Shown here: positions 7,291-16,441 of the stretch, in pieces
Numbering within the stretch: position 1 is the stretch's first letter
How the letters are laid out: each line of letters begins with the position of its first letter
Virus record (IMG/VR): IMGVR_UViG_3300036797_000015
Coordinates: 1 to 64,000 of that record
Strand: one strand, 5' to 3'
Length of the DNA: 64,000 bases
Source: a virus
Lineage: Duplodnaviria > Caudoviricetes
Made by a program: the position numbers and the translations under genes
Notes under the pieces: model-generated
Told to the model about the DNA's origin: nothing
What the model saw: the letters and a program-made list of their open reading frames with translations, nothing else
The model's database searches: none

Positions 7291-9224
7291 TGGCAAAGCG
7301 GTTGTGGTCGATGGGCCTTGGCACGGGTAAGTCTGGTACAGACGTTATCTGGGTGAAACAAAGCAATTATGACCCAGATGCGAATGCCTCTCTGAAAGCG
7401 AATCTGCCTGGCCCTGCTAGGTGGAACGGTGATGAGAAGCGTTTTGAGTTCCCAGTTCACTGGGACGCCTGTACTGGCGCTCGTCGGGTAGCTGACAAGT
7501 TCGATGTACTGCTGCGTATCGCGCCTAGCCTACGAGAGTGGGCTGAGGTTGAGAAAGCAAGGCAGGCAACCATTCCCGATGTTCAGTCGATGGAATTGGT
7601 TGACTTGCCAGCAGTGCGAGAAGGCTACCCTGCGCTTTGGGAGGCTATCACGTCCAGACCGTTCCAGACCGTGGGCGCTGCTTTTGCGGCGCGTAATCGT
7701 TCGTGTCTGATAGCGGACCAACCTGGACTTGGTAAGACTCTCCAGAGTATCGCGGCTGTGATTGAGTCTGGTAGAACCGGACCCATATTGGTAGTGGCCC
7801 CAAAATCCGCTGCCAAACTCACCTGGCCTCAGGAGTTAGCACGTTGGGTACCTGGCGATTTGGTTTATGTGCTTGGTAGCCATCTTAAAGCGGCCGAACG
7901 AGTGCAACTTGCCAAAGACTTCCGTACCGGATCTGGCAATGGGCACGGCCGTAAAGATGGCAAGCGTATTTGGCTTATCACTTCGCCGCACTATGTACGG
8001 ATACGAGCCGAGGTCGATGACTGGGGCAAGTATATGTACGAGAATGGCAAGAAGATCATCAATCCCGTTGGCGAGGCAGTAATGGAACTGTTCGACGTTA
8101 AATGGTCTGCGGTGATCGTTGATGAGTCGCACCAAACGCTAGCTGGTGCTAGGGGCAACAAAAAGAAACAGTCTTCTCAGCGTCTTGGGCTTGGAGCCTT
8201 AGACGTTATCGACGGAGGATTGCGGATTGCGTTGTCTGGAACACCGTTCAGAGGTAAGGAAGAATACCTCTGGGGCCAGCTCAACTGGTTACGCCCTGAT
8301 TTGTATCGTAGCTTCTGGCAGTGGATCAAAGATCACTTTGACTGCTACCAAGACAGGTACGGTATGACAATCGGCAGAATGGTGGACGCTGAGGGTATGT
8401 ATCGTGAAGCCAGCTCTGTGATGATTCGGCGCACGAAGGATGAGGTTGCTAAAGACTTGCCCGCCAAGCAGTACGGTGGGTGGCCTTTGGAAGCCGGCAA
8501 TCCCGAGTCGCCGATAGCTGTGTGGCTTGATATGGAACCGAAACAGGGTAAAGCCTACCGGGACATGGTCAAACACGCAGCCGCAGAGCTGGAGGGTGGT
8601 ACGCTACTGACGAACGGCATCCTGGCGGAGTTAACGCGCCTGAAGCAGTTTGCTGGTAGCTACGGCAAGCTTGAAGGTGATAAGTACGTTCCGATTCTGC
8701 CGTCCAATAAGTTTGACTGGACGGTAGAGTTTCTAGACGAGCGTGGCATCACCGACAAGTACGAGCCTGACGCGCCTAAAGTGGTGATAGCGTCTCAGTT
8801 CGCTCAGCTGATCAATTGCTTCGCTGGTGCCTTAAAGGATATGGGAATTGAAGCCCACGTCTTTACGGGAGCCACGAGCGACAAGGACAGAGAGCGGATA
8901 AAGGACGACTGGCAGAATAACCCTGAGAGTCATGTGAGGGTGCTTCTGCTTACTACAACCGCTGGCGGCGTGTCGCTGACTCTGGATGCTGCGGATGATC
9001 TAATCATTCTCGATGAGACGTGGAATACGTCTGATCAAGAGCAACTGGAGGATAGGCTCCACCGCCTGTCGCGTATGCACCAGGTGACAATCTGGAAAGT
9101 GTTTAGCCGCGATACAATTGAGGAATCAATCGCGGTTGCCAACCTAGGGAAGGAGTATAACATCAAGTCGATCATTGATGGCGAGCGAGGCATTCCGTTC
9201 GCTAAACAGATGGTTGGCGGATGA
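7290..9224 (+). CDS. SNF2-family (SF2) DNA helicase
   Basis: ADQPGLGKT (motif I), VIVDESHQ (DExH), LSGTP, C-terminal GGVSLTL and QLEDRLHR. Confidence 0.92.
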   Translation: MAKRLWSMGLGTGKSGTDVIWVKQSNYDPDANASLKANLPGPARWNGDEKRFEFPVHWDACTGARRVADKFDVLLRIAPSLREWAEVEKARQATIPDVQSMELVDLPAVREGYPALWEAITSRPFQTVGAAFAARNRSCLIADQPGLGKTLQSIAAVIESGRTGPILVVAPKSAAKLTWPQELARWVPGDLVYVLGSHLKAAERVQLAKDFRTGSGNGHGRKDGKRIWLITSPHYVRIRAEVDDWGKYMYENGKKIINPVGEAVMELFDVKWSAVIVDESHQTLAGARGNKKKQSSQRLGLGALDVIDGGLRIALSGTPFRGKEEYLWGQLNWLRPDLYRSFWQWIKDHFDCYQDRYGMTIGRMVDAEGMYREASSVMIRRTKDEVAKDLPAKQYGGWPLEAGNPESPIAVWLDMEPKQGKAYRDMVKHAAAELEGGTLLTNGILAELTRLKQFAGSYGKLEGDKYVPILPSNKFDWTVEFLDERGITDKYEPDAPKVVIASQFAQLINCFAGALKDMGIEAHVFTGATSDKDRERIKDDWQNNPESHVRVLLLTTTAGGVSLTLDAADDLIILDETWNTSDQEQLEDRLHRLSRMHQVTIWKVFSRDTIEESIAVANLGKEYNIKSIIDGERGIPFAKQMVGG

Positions 9225-9532
9225 CCACTCTCGTGGTGACTGGCGCTGGCCTGGCCTGCTTTATAGTAGGTTGGGTCAGCGCCACAGTCACATACCGCGT
9301 CAGACCGTCGCTCAGAACATTGCTTAGCCCGGCTATACAGTCAGAAGCCATAGCAGACTTCATGACGCCAATTGTAAACCTGGAGGAATACGAGGCAAAC
9401 CGAAAATCAATGCACCGACAGTTAGTACAGTCAGGCAGACGTACTGCGCGACTAGATGGCGGCCCAACTGCTAAGGTGTCGAAAATGCGGAAGCGTAAAC
9501 GGTATTCGCGGTCGCTTAGAGATCAGGCATAA
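9221..9532 (+). CDS. Membrane-anchored hypothetical protein
   Basis: N-terminal TM segment, basic C-terminus, ATGA overlap. Confidence 0.6.
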   Translation: MTTLVVTGAGLACFIVGWVSATVTYRVRPSLRTLLSPAIQSEAIADFMTPIVNLEEYEANRKSMHRQLVQSGRRTARLDGGPTAKVSKMRKRKRYSRSLRDQA

Positions 9533-9637
9533 ATCGTGAAAAAGTCAGGACAAATTCACCAAAACCGTAGCGTATCCCCTGGGAACCGGGTAGGGTCGGA
9601 TAGGTAAGGCCAGAATCGTAGGACGATAGGAGTCAAA

Positions 9638-10291
9638 GTGGCCGAAGTGAACCGGAGGTTTGGACCGGACAATCCATCAGAGGCGCAGAAGTCTCTGGCG
9701 AAATATATCCGCGAGCAGAAGGGTTTTGACATCACGGATGCCGCGGTGTCGGCGTCCTTTACCTGGCACGGGGAGTGGCAATCTTCCCCCGAGCGGCACG
9801 CCGAGCTGGAGTTGGTTCGCCAGCAGGCCCGTGAGGATCGGGAGAAGGCACGCGAGGCAAGCAAGGCTGAAGCCGATGAGAAGCGTAAGGCCAAGGAAGC
9901 CGAGCGCGAATCAAAGCGTGCTGAGCGCGAGCAACAGGCCGAGGCAAAGCAGGCCGAGCGCGCCCAGAAGGAACAGGAACGCGAAGCAAAGCGCGTCCAG
10001 CGCGAGCAGGAGCGTGAGCAGAAGGAAGCAGAACGGGCGCAGCGCGCTACCGAGCGTGAAGAGAAGCGCAAGCAACAGGAAGAGGAACGCGCCCAGAAGC
10101 AGCAAGAACGTGAAGCTGCTCGTGCGGCCAAGGAAGCAGAGCGCGAAGCCAAGAAGGCAAGCTCTGGCGCTGACGGTGACGACAGCACTTCCGCTACTCC
10201 TGCTGCGGCCGAGAATGGCCGCGAGTCTCGTCGGCGTATTCGTCGGCGTGACGACGCTGATACGGTTGCTGTCAGCGAATCAAGTTTCTAG
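9638..10291 (+). CDS. Protein with long E/R/K/Q/A charged helix
   Basis: AGGAG SD; ~110 aa of EREAKR/ERAQ-type repeats. Confidence 0.8.
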   Translation: MAEVNRRFGPDNPSEAQKSLAKYIREQKGFDITDAAVSASFTWHGEWQSSPERHAELELVRQQAREDREKAREASKAEADEKRKAKEAERESKRAEREQQAEAKQAERAQKEQEREAKRVQREQEREQKEAERAQRATEREEKRKQQEEERAQKQQEREAARAAKEAEREAKKASSGADGDDSTSATPAAAENGRESRRRIRRRDDADTVAVSESSF

Positions 10292-10296
10292 ACCAA

Positions 10297-10470
10297 TGGT
10301 TGTTGGCCAGACCCCTGAACGCTCACGAGGCGTCCAGGGTGCTCTGGTGAGTAGCGCGGACGGTAGACCCATGGGAAGTGGGATCGTGTGCACCCGTTCG
10401 ACTCGGGCATTCCGCGCTACTCTCCAGGGTAACCCTCTTGGCCGAGGTTACCCCAGACAGAAAGACTGGG
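10297..10470 (+). ncRNA. Structured RNA with tRNA-like core (10349-10426)
   Basis: 12-bp stem GAGTAGCGCGGA/TCCGCGCTACTC followed by T-CCA; T-arm-like CCCG-TTCGACT-CGGG; flanking hairpins CCAGA..CCCTG/CAGGG..TCTGG and GGGTAAC/GTTACCC. Confidence 0.6.
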
Positions 10471-10475
10471 AAGAT

Positions 10476-10805
10476 ATGCCAATCCATTTCGATGTAGGCG
10501 GTGTAGCCGTTAAGGCTGATACCGTATCAGAAGGTGCGGAGCTACTACGCGAGTTGCTAGCTCCAGTGAAGCAAAAGGCTAAGTCTAACGGAAGTGCGCC
10601 TACAAACGGCAAGCTTAAGCGCGATGAGGTTCTACCCGCCACGCTGGCGTATATTGGCAACTCTGCTAAGGGCAGGACTACCAAGCAAATAGCGCATTAC
10701 TTCGCTATCAGTTCTGCTACCGCTTCAAGCAGGCTACAGACGTTACGGAGCCAGGGCTTGATTAATGTGCCAGAGAAGCGCGGCGGGTATTGGACGGCAG
10801 CATGA
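10476..10805 (+). CDS. Winged helix-turn-helix DNA-binding protein
   Basis: TTKQIAHYFAISSATASSRLQTLRSQGLI; true start is the ATG inside the spurious 9660 ORF. Confidence 0.75.
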   Translation: MPIHFDVGGVAVKADTVSEGAELLRELLAPVKQKAKSNGSAPTNGKLKRDEVLPATLAYIGNSAKGRTTKQIAHYFAISSATASSRLQTLRSQGLINVPEKRGGYWTAA

Positions 10806-11059
10806 AGTCTATCCAAGTAATACTTAGCTGTATGTATAAAGGTTGTACAACTAAGTCAGATCCTGTTGATGCACACGAGATAGATACTTATGAATACCAT
10901 GATGCGCCAAGCGACGGCATCACATTTTGTCAGCCTAAAGATTGGTGGCACGATACGTTGTATGGCCATATCGTCACGTGTCCAGAGCATAAGCAGGAAT
11001 ACTTAGAACGACGATCTAGCGAACAATGGCGCGACAACCATATCGAATGGAAGTTCTAA
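10802..11059 (+). CDS. Hypothetical protein (Cys/His)
   Basis: ATGA overlap; C..C and CPEH. Confidence 0.7.
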   Translation: MKSIQVILSCMYKGCTTKSDPVDAHEIDTYEYHDAPSDGITFCQPKDWWHDTLYGHIVTCPEHKQEYLERRSSEQWRDNHIEWKF

Positions 11060-11367
11060 TGAGTATTGCCCTTGAACGAGTGATCCGCTGCGATATGTGC
11101 CACACGAATGTGGGGAAGCCGGTAGCAGACGGACCTACCTCTGAGGAACTTGCCAAGTCGCTTGAGGACGATTTACTCATGCTTCTGCGCAAACCCGACG
11201 GTACCGAGTTCAAGGTCTGCGGTAGGTGCTTCCTGAACCATCCTGACTGGCAGCTAAGCAAGTCGCAGCTAGCGGAGGACGAAATTGTAGACGAGTTACC
11301 GCCAGGCAAATATTGGCCTGAAGGTGACCTTGGCGACGATCCAGATGGTGATCTGGATGCGGATTAA
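11059..11367 (+). CDS. Zinc-finger hypothetical protein
   Basis: TAATG coupling; CDMC...CGRC. Confidence 0.75.
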   Translation: MSIALERVIRCDMCHTNVGKPVADGPTSEELAKSLEDDLLMLLRKPDGTEFKVCGRCFLNHPDWQLSKSQLAEDEIVDELPPGKYWPEGDLGDDPDGDLDAD

Positions 11368-11521
11368 TAGGCCAACCTGGAATCCTCTCCAGGTTGTTGG
11401 GAAGTGGCGGCGTGCTAGGCGTTACAGTCTAGCACGTCGTCACGCAAATGATGCGGCCCATATAGAGTGGGCAAGTGCCTTGGCCGGCAATACACGAAAG
11501 GACCGAAGTGGCAAGAGCTAA
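11357..11521 (+). CDS. Small basic hypothetical protein
   Basis: Fills the gap between coupled genes. Confidence 0.5.
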   Translation: MRINRPTWNPLQVVGKWRRARRYSLARRHANDAAHIEWASALAGNTRKDRSGKS

Positions 11522-11786
11522 AAGTATCCAAGCAGAGCGCAATAAGCGCGGCCATAAGCGTTCGCACGTAGCGCAGTTAAACGACAGGACGCTAGCGAAC
11601 GCTTATAACCACGGATTGCCTTGGGTGGATTCAGACGTGGAAACGTTGGCGAATCTGATCGCTAAGAACTCATCGACGTTCGATATGGCGATGTCCCTGG
11701 GCCGCTCGTACTACTCGACGCAATATGCTCGTGCGCATATCAGTTTCGCCCTACGGCACGCCAAGACCTTTAGGAAGCTACTGTGA
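11508..11786 (+). CDS. Hypothetical protein (possible HTH)
   Basis: AAAGGA SD before GTG; STFDMAMSLGRSYYS segment. Confidence 0.6.
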   Translation: MARAKSIQAERNKRGHKRSHVAQLNDRTLANAYNHGLPWVDSDVETLANLIAKNSSTFDMAMSLGRSYYSTQYARAHISFALRHAKTFRKLL

Positions 11787-11932
11787 CTGTCAAAGTAGTA
11801 ATCACATTCGATAATGCTGATGATGAAGTGCAAGCATTGGCTATACGGAAATGGGTTGAAGACGCTATGCCTGTTGGGCTAGTTAATCCGCCTGTAGCAG
11901 TGGTATTGACGCAGCGACCGGAGAGGCACTAG
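11783..11932 (+). CDS. Small hypothetical protein (49 aa)
   Basis: GTGA overlap; MTVKVVITFDNADDEVQALAIRKWVEDAMP... Confidence 0.6.
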   Translation: MTVKVVITFDNADDEVQALAIRKWVEDAMPVGLVNPPVAVVLTQRPERH

Positions 11933-11933
11933 G

Positions 11934-12641
11934 TTGGCAGACATTGGGAACCAAAACATCCAGGCGACAATGGAGGCTTTGGCTTGCCGCGAGACTGCGG
12001 AGTATATCATCAGCCACGAGCAGCTATATGTGGCGGAACAAGTTGAGGGTGCCTCCGAGATAATTGACTGGTCTCTAGGCAAAGCGCCAAAGAACGGTCT
12101 ATGTCTCGAATTTGGCATAGGGTTTGGCCGAACGCTCAAGCGAATCGCTGCACAACGCTATGTCCACGGGTTTGACAGTTTCAAAGGTCTACCGGAAGCC
12201 TGGCGCTCTGGACTACCTAAAGGCACTTTCAGCAATGCCGGTATGGTCAAAGAACAGATTGTAACTAAACTTCACAACTTACATGACGAGGATGCCAGTC
12301 GTGGTGGAGAGATACATGTTGGTTGGTTCAATGAAACGCTGCCAAAGTGGATTGAATATTACCAGTTACAGCTAGAGCGTGGCATTGACTATATCCATCT
12401 TGACTCAGACCTCTACAGTTCCGCGGTGACCATCCTTGAAGGTGTTAAGGAATACCTCAAGCCGGGTAGCGTCATCCTGTTTGATGAGTACTGGAACTAT
12501 CCCGGGTGGAAGCTAGATGGGCACGGAGAACACGCCGCGCTAATGGACTGGAGTATTCCCGATGTTGCTTGGGAGTACATAGGTTACAATCCTATTGGGC
12601 AAGAAGTAGCAATTAGAATGAAGAGGAATCGTGACAAATAA
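11934..12641 (+). CDS. TylF/MycF-like class I SAM-dependent (sugar O-)methyltransferase
   Basis: LEFGIGFG, GFDSFKGLPEAW, GWFNETLP, IHLDSDLYSS, ILFDEY motifs. Confidence 0.85.
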   Translation: MADIGNQNIQATMEALACRETAEYIISHEQLYVAEQVEGASEIIDWSLGKAPKNGLCLEFGIGFGRTLKRIAAQRYVHGFDSFKGLPEAWRSGLPKGTFSNAGMVKEQIVTKLHNLHDEDASRGGEIHVGWFNETLPKWIEYYQLQLERGIDYIHLDSDLYSSAVTILEGVKEYLKPGSVILFDEYWNYPGWKLDGHGEHAALMDWSIPDVAWEYIGYNPIGQEVAIRMKRNRDK

Positions 12642-13509
12642 CCCTAGAGTGTATATCCCCAGCCGTAGCCGCTGGGAGAATGTCCCTAAGCTAACCAAAG
12701 CCTGGGACGATGAGATGTTCGATGTCGTGTTCTCTGTAGAGCCAGACGAGTTGGAGAAGTATGAAGCCGAGATTGATCGTGCTGGCGCTCGTGAGTTCGC
12801 TTCTTGTATTGCTTTGCCTGACCGCAATCTCGGTGTGGGATTTAGCCGAACATTCTGCTTAGAGCACGCCGCGAGTGATGGGCTGGAAAGCATCATCTGT
12901 TCGGACGACGACATCAAGCCGAATACCGGCCGCAATGGCGAATCTGACGCCGGTATGGATAAGTTGATTGAGATATGTGAAGACCCGATGGTGCTTGGTT
13001 GTACCGCATATTACTCATACCTAGACCTCATGCTCGGCATCAAGGGTAAGGATCGCAAAGACGTTATCATTGCGCCGAACTGTATTGTTAGGCTGTTCGG
13101 CCTGAACGTGAAGGAATCGCTCGACCTTGGCGGGTTTGACGCGAGTCTGAAGTGCGGTGATGACGCTGACTTCTTGATCCGTGGTATCTATGCTGGCTTC
13201 CCGTGGCTTATCCACCTTGGCGCTAAGGCTGTCAGTTTCGCACCCAGGTTCGCGACAGGAGGTGTAGCCGCGCTGGAGGATGCTGTAAGCGTAGGCGAGG
13301 TGAAAGGCGCCAAGGGCGACGCTACCCGCGAAGCCGTCCGCATCATCGCTGAGAAGTTTCCTGATATTGCTACTGCGGTGCGCCCAGACAAGTTAAGCTA
13401 CAAGTGGCGTCAGCTATATGATAACGAGCTACCAGACTGGAAGCATTGGTCTCCGCTACATGGCGGCAATATCAACAACTACTTTGGTGAGGGCTGGGTA
13501 TGTCCGTAG
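12631..13509 (+). CDS. GT-A fold glycosyltransferase
   Basis: VYIPSRSR, GVGFSR, CSDDDI (DxD), GGFDASLKCGDDADF; resembles phage TAGT/GREB1-like DNA glycosyltransferases. Confidence 0.8.
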   Translation: MTNNPRVYIPSRSRWENVPKLTKAWDDEMFDVVFSVEPDELEKYEAEIDRAGAREFASCIALPDRNLGVGFSRTFCLEHAASDGLESIICSDDDIKPNTGRNGESDAGMDKLIEICEDPMVLGCTAYYSYLDLMLGIKGKDRKDVIIAPNCIVRLFGLNVKESLDLGGFDASLKCGDDADFLIRGIYAGFPWLIHLGAKAVSFAPRFATGGVAALEDAVSVGEVKGAKGDATREAVRIIAEKFPDIATAVRPDKLSYKWRQLYDNELPDWKHWSPLHGGNINNYFGEGWVCP

Positions 13510-14639
13510 AGACAGTAGAGCTGCCACTACCGAAATTGCGTTCGTCTGAGCGCAATGCGTTCATGCGGTGCCCGCAGATGTGGTATTGGGGCTACGTTGA
13601 GCACCTAACGCCCAGGGTACAAAAGTACAAGGACGCAGCCGAGTTTGGCACAGGGTTCCACTTGGCGCTAGAGAACTACTACAGACCGGGGACAGTACGT
13701 GGACCGCACCCAGCAGAGACATGGGAGAAGTGGGCCGACGATACACTTAGGACCATCAAGACTTCAGAGACTGTTGACGACGAGGTTGTGGCAAAGTGGG
13801 TTAATTTTCACCAACTTGGCATTGACTTGGCCGAAGCTTATGTCGAGCGATACCAGGGCGACCCACATTGGGATGTACTTGATGCTGAGCGTAAATTTAG
13901 TGTGCTTATACCAGATGTACGCTATCAGCCGCTCATATCTGAAAAGGGCAGGCGCGGATACAAACCTATTGTCAACTTTGTTGGTGTCGTCGATCTATGT
14001 TATCGTGACCTCAATGATGGGTTGGTGAAGATGACTGACCATAAAACTGCTCAGCAGATTCGCACAGACCACCTAACGCTCGACACACAGGCTAGTAGCT
14101 ATATCGCTGTTGCTAGCAAAGCACTTAAGGACCAGCAGCTAATCGGGCCCAAGGAATCGGTAGCCGGTATGGAGTATAACTTCATCCGCCGCACGAACCT
14201 GTGGTCTGCGCCGTTGAAAGCCGATTATGTCGGTGCGTTAAGCAGAGCTGGTATCCAAGGCCCAAAGCCTCTAGAGAAGATGCTAAAGGCTGATCTGGAG
14301 CACCTAGCTTACATGAATGACATTCGCGTAAATGGGGAAGAAGTCGACAGAAACACGATCTTCAAGCGCCACTTTGTCCCGAGGACGCCCAAGGAACGGC
14401 AGCGCTCTATTATACGCATATCTGAGGAAGCCCGAGTCATGGCGGATGTCCGTGAGGGCAGACTGCCGATTCTAAAGCATACTCAGCGAGACTGCTACTT
14501 CTGTGCGTTCTTTGACTTGTGCGACCTAGACGAATCTGGAGCCGACACCGACTATTTCAAGGAGTCTGTCTACATGAAGCACGATCCATACGGGGATCAC
14601 GACGAGAAGAAAGCAAGCGAAAATGGTGGCGAGGCTTAA
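13500..14639 (+). CDS. Cas4/RecB-like PD-(D/E)xK exonuclease
   Basis: SERNAFMRCP, FGTGFHLALE, GVVDL...DHKT, C-terminal CYFCAFFDLC. Confidence 0.85.
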   Translation: MSVETVELPLPKLRSSERNAFMRCPQMWYWGYVEHLTPRVQKYKDAAEFGTGFHLALENYYRPGTVRGPHPAETWEKWADDTLRTIKTSETVDDEVVAKWVNFHQLGIDLAEAYVERYQGDPHWDVLDAERKFSVLIPDVRYQPLISEKGRRGYKPIVNFVGVVDLCYRDLNDGLVKMTDHKTAQQIRTDHLTLDTQASSYIAVASKALKDQQLIGPKESVAGMEYNFIRRTNLWSAPLKADYVGALSRAGIQGPKPLEKMLKADLEHLAYMNDIRVNGEEVDRNTIFKRHFVPRTPKERQRSIIRISEEARVMADVREGRLPILKHTQRDCYFCAFFDLCDLDESGADTDYFKESVYMKHDPYGDHDEKKASENGGEA

Positions 14640-14817
14640 AGAGAAGGGGATATCTGAGCTTCGCAACTTCAAGACCAGAGTGTTGCGTCAAGCTTCACTC
14701 AGGCGCATAAGCCAAACTGATGCTGATGAGTTAGTTGATATGGTCAACGAGATTGAGGCTTATGTGATCAAAATGAAAGAAAAACCAATGAAACAAGAAG
14801 AGAAGGATCCATTCTGA
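14623..14817 (+). CDS. Small hypothetical protein
   Basis: Coupled on both sides. Confidence 0.65.
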   Translation: MVARLKEKGISELRNFKTRVLRQASLRRISQTDADELVDMVNEIEAYVIKMKEKPMKQEEKDPF

Positions 14818-15746
14818 TGGCAAATCTGGAATTGCTCGACCTGCCAGATGACATCGTAGACCTACAGGATGAGGATGAGAATTACAACCTCCTGGTCTAC
14901 GCTGATTCTGGTGTCGGCAAAACGGTATTCGGCTGTTCAGACGACAGAGTGCTTGTCGTAGCGACAGAAGATGCCGGAGGTGGCGGGGGAACTATCTCCG
15001 CCAAGCGCTTTGGCAGTACGGCGCAGAAGTGGAAGGTCAAGTCGTGGACCGATATTGTGCGGGCCTACGACTGGCTGTCGAAGCAGGACCCAATCCCGTT
15101 CGATTGGGTATTTATCGACAGTTTGACTGACGCGCAGTCAATGTGTATGCGGGATGTCTTGGAGAAGGCCACCAAGGAGAATCCGCATCGTGATCCGGAT
15201 GTGCCGTTGATTGGCGACTGGCAGCCGTACTACAACAAATTCGAGCGCATGGTGAAATTGTTTAACTCCCTGCCAGTTCACTGCCTGTATTCAGCTCTAC
15301 AGCAGGAGGAACAGGATGAGGAGGAAGAAACTGTAGTGCTCCCAATGCTTCAGGGCAAGGGTACGCAGTACGCCAAGAAGGTTGCTTCTTGGATGACCAG
15401 TTTCGGCAACATGCGCGTTCGTCGGCGTCCCACCGGGGAAACTGACGACGATGGCAAGAAGAAGTATGAGGAGGTCCGCGTTATTCAGTGGGCCGCTAGC
15501 AAATCCGTTATGGCTAAGGATCGCACGCGTTGCTTGGAGCCACGCACTGTGAACCTGAACCTGAAGGAAGTGCGCGAACTGCTTGAGAGCGGTCCAAAGC
15601 CGTCTACTCAACCAGGACGTGTAGTCAAGAGGCCCAAAGCGAATGATGTTGTTCGCGACGAGCCCAAAGCAGAAGAGTCAGTGAATGGCGAATCTGAGGT
15701 CAACGAGGAAGATCTGGTTACTGCCGGAGAGGATTGGGATAAGTGA
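14817..15746 (+). CDS. AAA_24/Sak4-like ATPase
   Basis: YADSGVGKT Walker A, VFIDSLT Walker B, AKDRT. Confidence 0.85.
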   Translation: MANLELLDLPDDIVDLQDEDENYNLLVYADSGVGKTVFGCSDDRVLVVATEDAGGGGGTISAKRFGSTAQKWKVKSWTDIVRAYDWLSKQDPIPFDWVFIDSLTDAQSMCMRDVLEKATKENPHRDPDVPLIGDWQPYYNKFERMVKLFNSLPVHCLYSALQQEEQDEEEETVVLPMLQGKGTQYAKKVASWMTSFGNMRVRRRPTGETDDDGKKKYEEVRVIQWAASKSVMAKDRTRCLEPRTVNLNLKEVRELLESGPKPSTQPGRVVKRPKANDVVRDEPKAEESVNGESEVNEEDLVTAGEDWDK

Positions 15747-16441
15747 AAGTAAAGTGGGATACTGACGGCAAGGGTGTCACTGCGAGTACTGGCCGGTATG
15801 CCGGACCTGACTTGGAGAAGGGCAGTTATGTCGTCAAGTTGAAGCGCATGACCATCGTCAAGATCAAGGCTAAGGCGAGTCCCAATTTCAACAAGCCTCG
15901 CATCAACCTGATCATGGAAGTCTGCGGGCCAGATAAGGCCAGTGAGTACTTCGGACACCCGATCTTTGATGGCTTGAACATCATCGAATCTGGCCGAGGT
16001 TACGTCAACGCATTCCTCCACGCTCTGACTGACGGATCTGACAAGCAGAAGAAAGCAATCGAAGCTGCTTTCTGGCCGCCCAACGGTCCTGATGCCAAGC
16101 GCGAGAAGCGTCGCAACTCTGAGGAAACTGATCTTCATGTCAAGAAGATTGGGCCGTGGAAGATTGGGTCGCCGAATGGGGAATTGCTTCTCCAGGTGAC
16201 AGCTAAGCCTGACCACGACCTCAAGGGCGCATTCCGTGCCGCTGTGACTCAGTATCTGCCCTACCAGGGCGCAGATAACCTCAGCAGCGCTGCGGACGAT
16301 GATGATTTCGATGACGACGATGAGGACTTTGTTGTTGATGCCGACGAAATTGGCGGCGATAACGACAAGCTCATCAGCGACCTCGATGCGGATGATGACG
16401 GATTTGTGGATGTTGTAGGGGACGACGAGCCACCGTTCTGA
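15743..16441 (+). CDS. Probable single-stranded DNA-binding protein
   Basis: Follows the AAA ATPase; long acidic tail ending DDEPPF. Confidence 0.7.
   Translation: MKVKWDTDGKGVTASTGRYAGPDLEKGSYVVKLKRMTIVKIKAKASPNFNKPRINLIMEVCGPDKASEYFGHPIFDGLNIIESGRGYVNAFLHALTDGSDKQKKAIEAAFWPPNGPDAKREKRRNSEETDLHVKKIGPWKIGSPNGELLLQVTAKPDHDLKGAFRAAVTQYLPYQGADNLSSAADDDDFDDDDEDFVVDADEIGGDNDKLISDLDADDDGFVDVVGDDEPPF

Noticed and set aside
10349-10426. Canonical tRNA or amber suppressor
   Set aside because: No 7-nt anticodon loop on a 5-bp stem, no standard D arm and no CTA anticodon
9660-10475. 381-aa ORF 9660-10805 and antisense ORF 9556-10188
   Set aside because: Shadow frames of the repetitive charged-helix gene; only the part from ATG 10476 looks like a real protein
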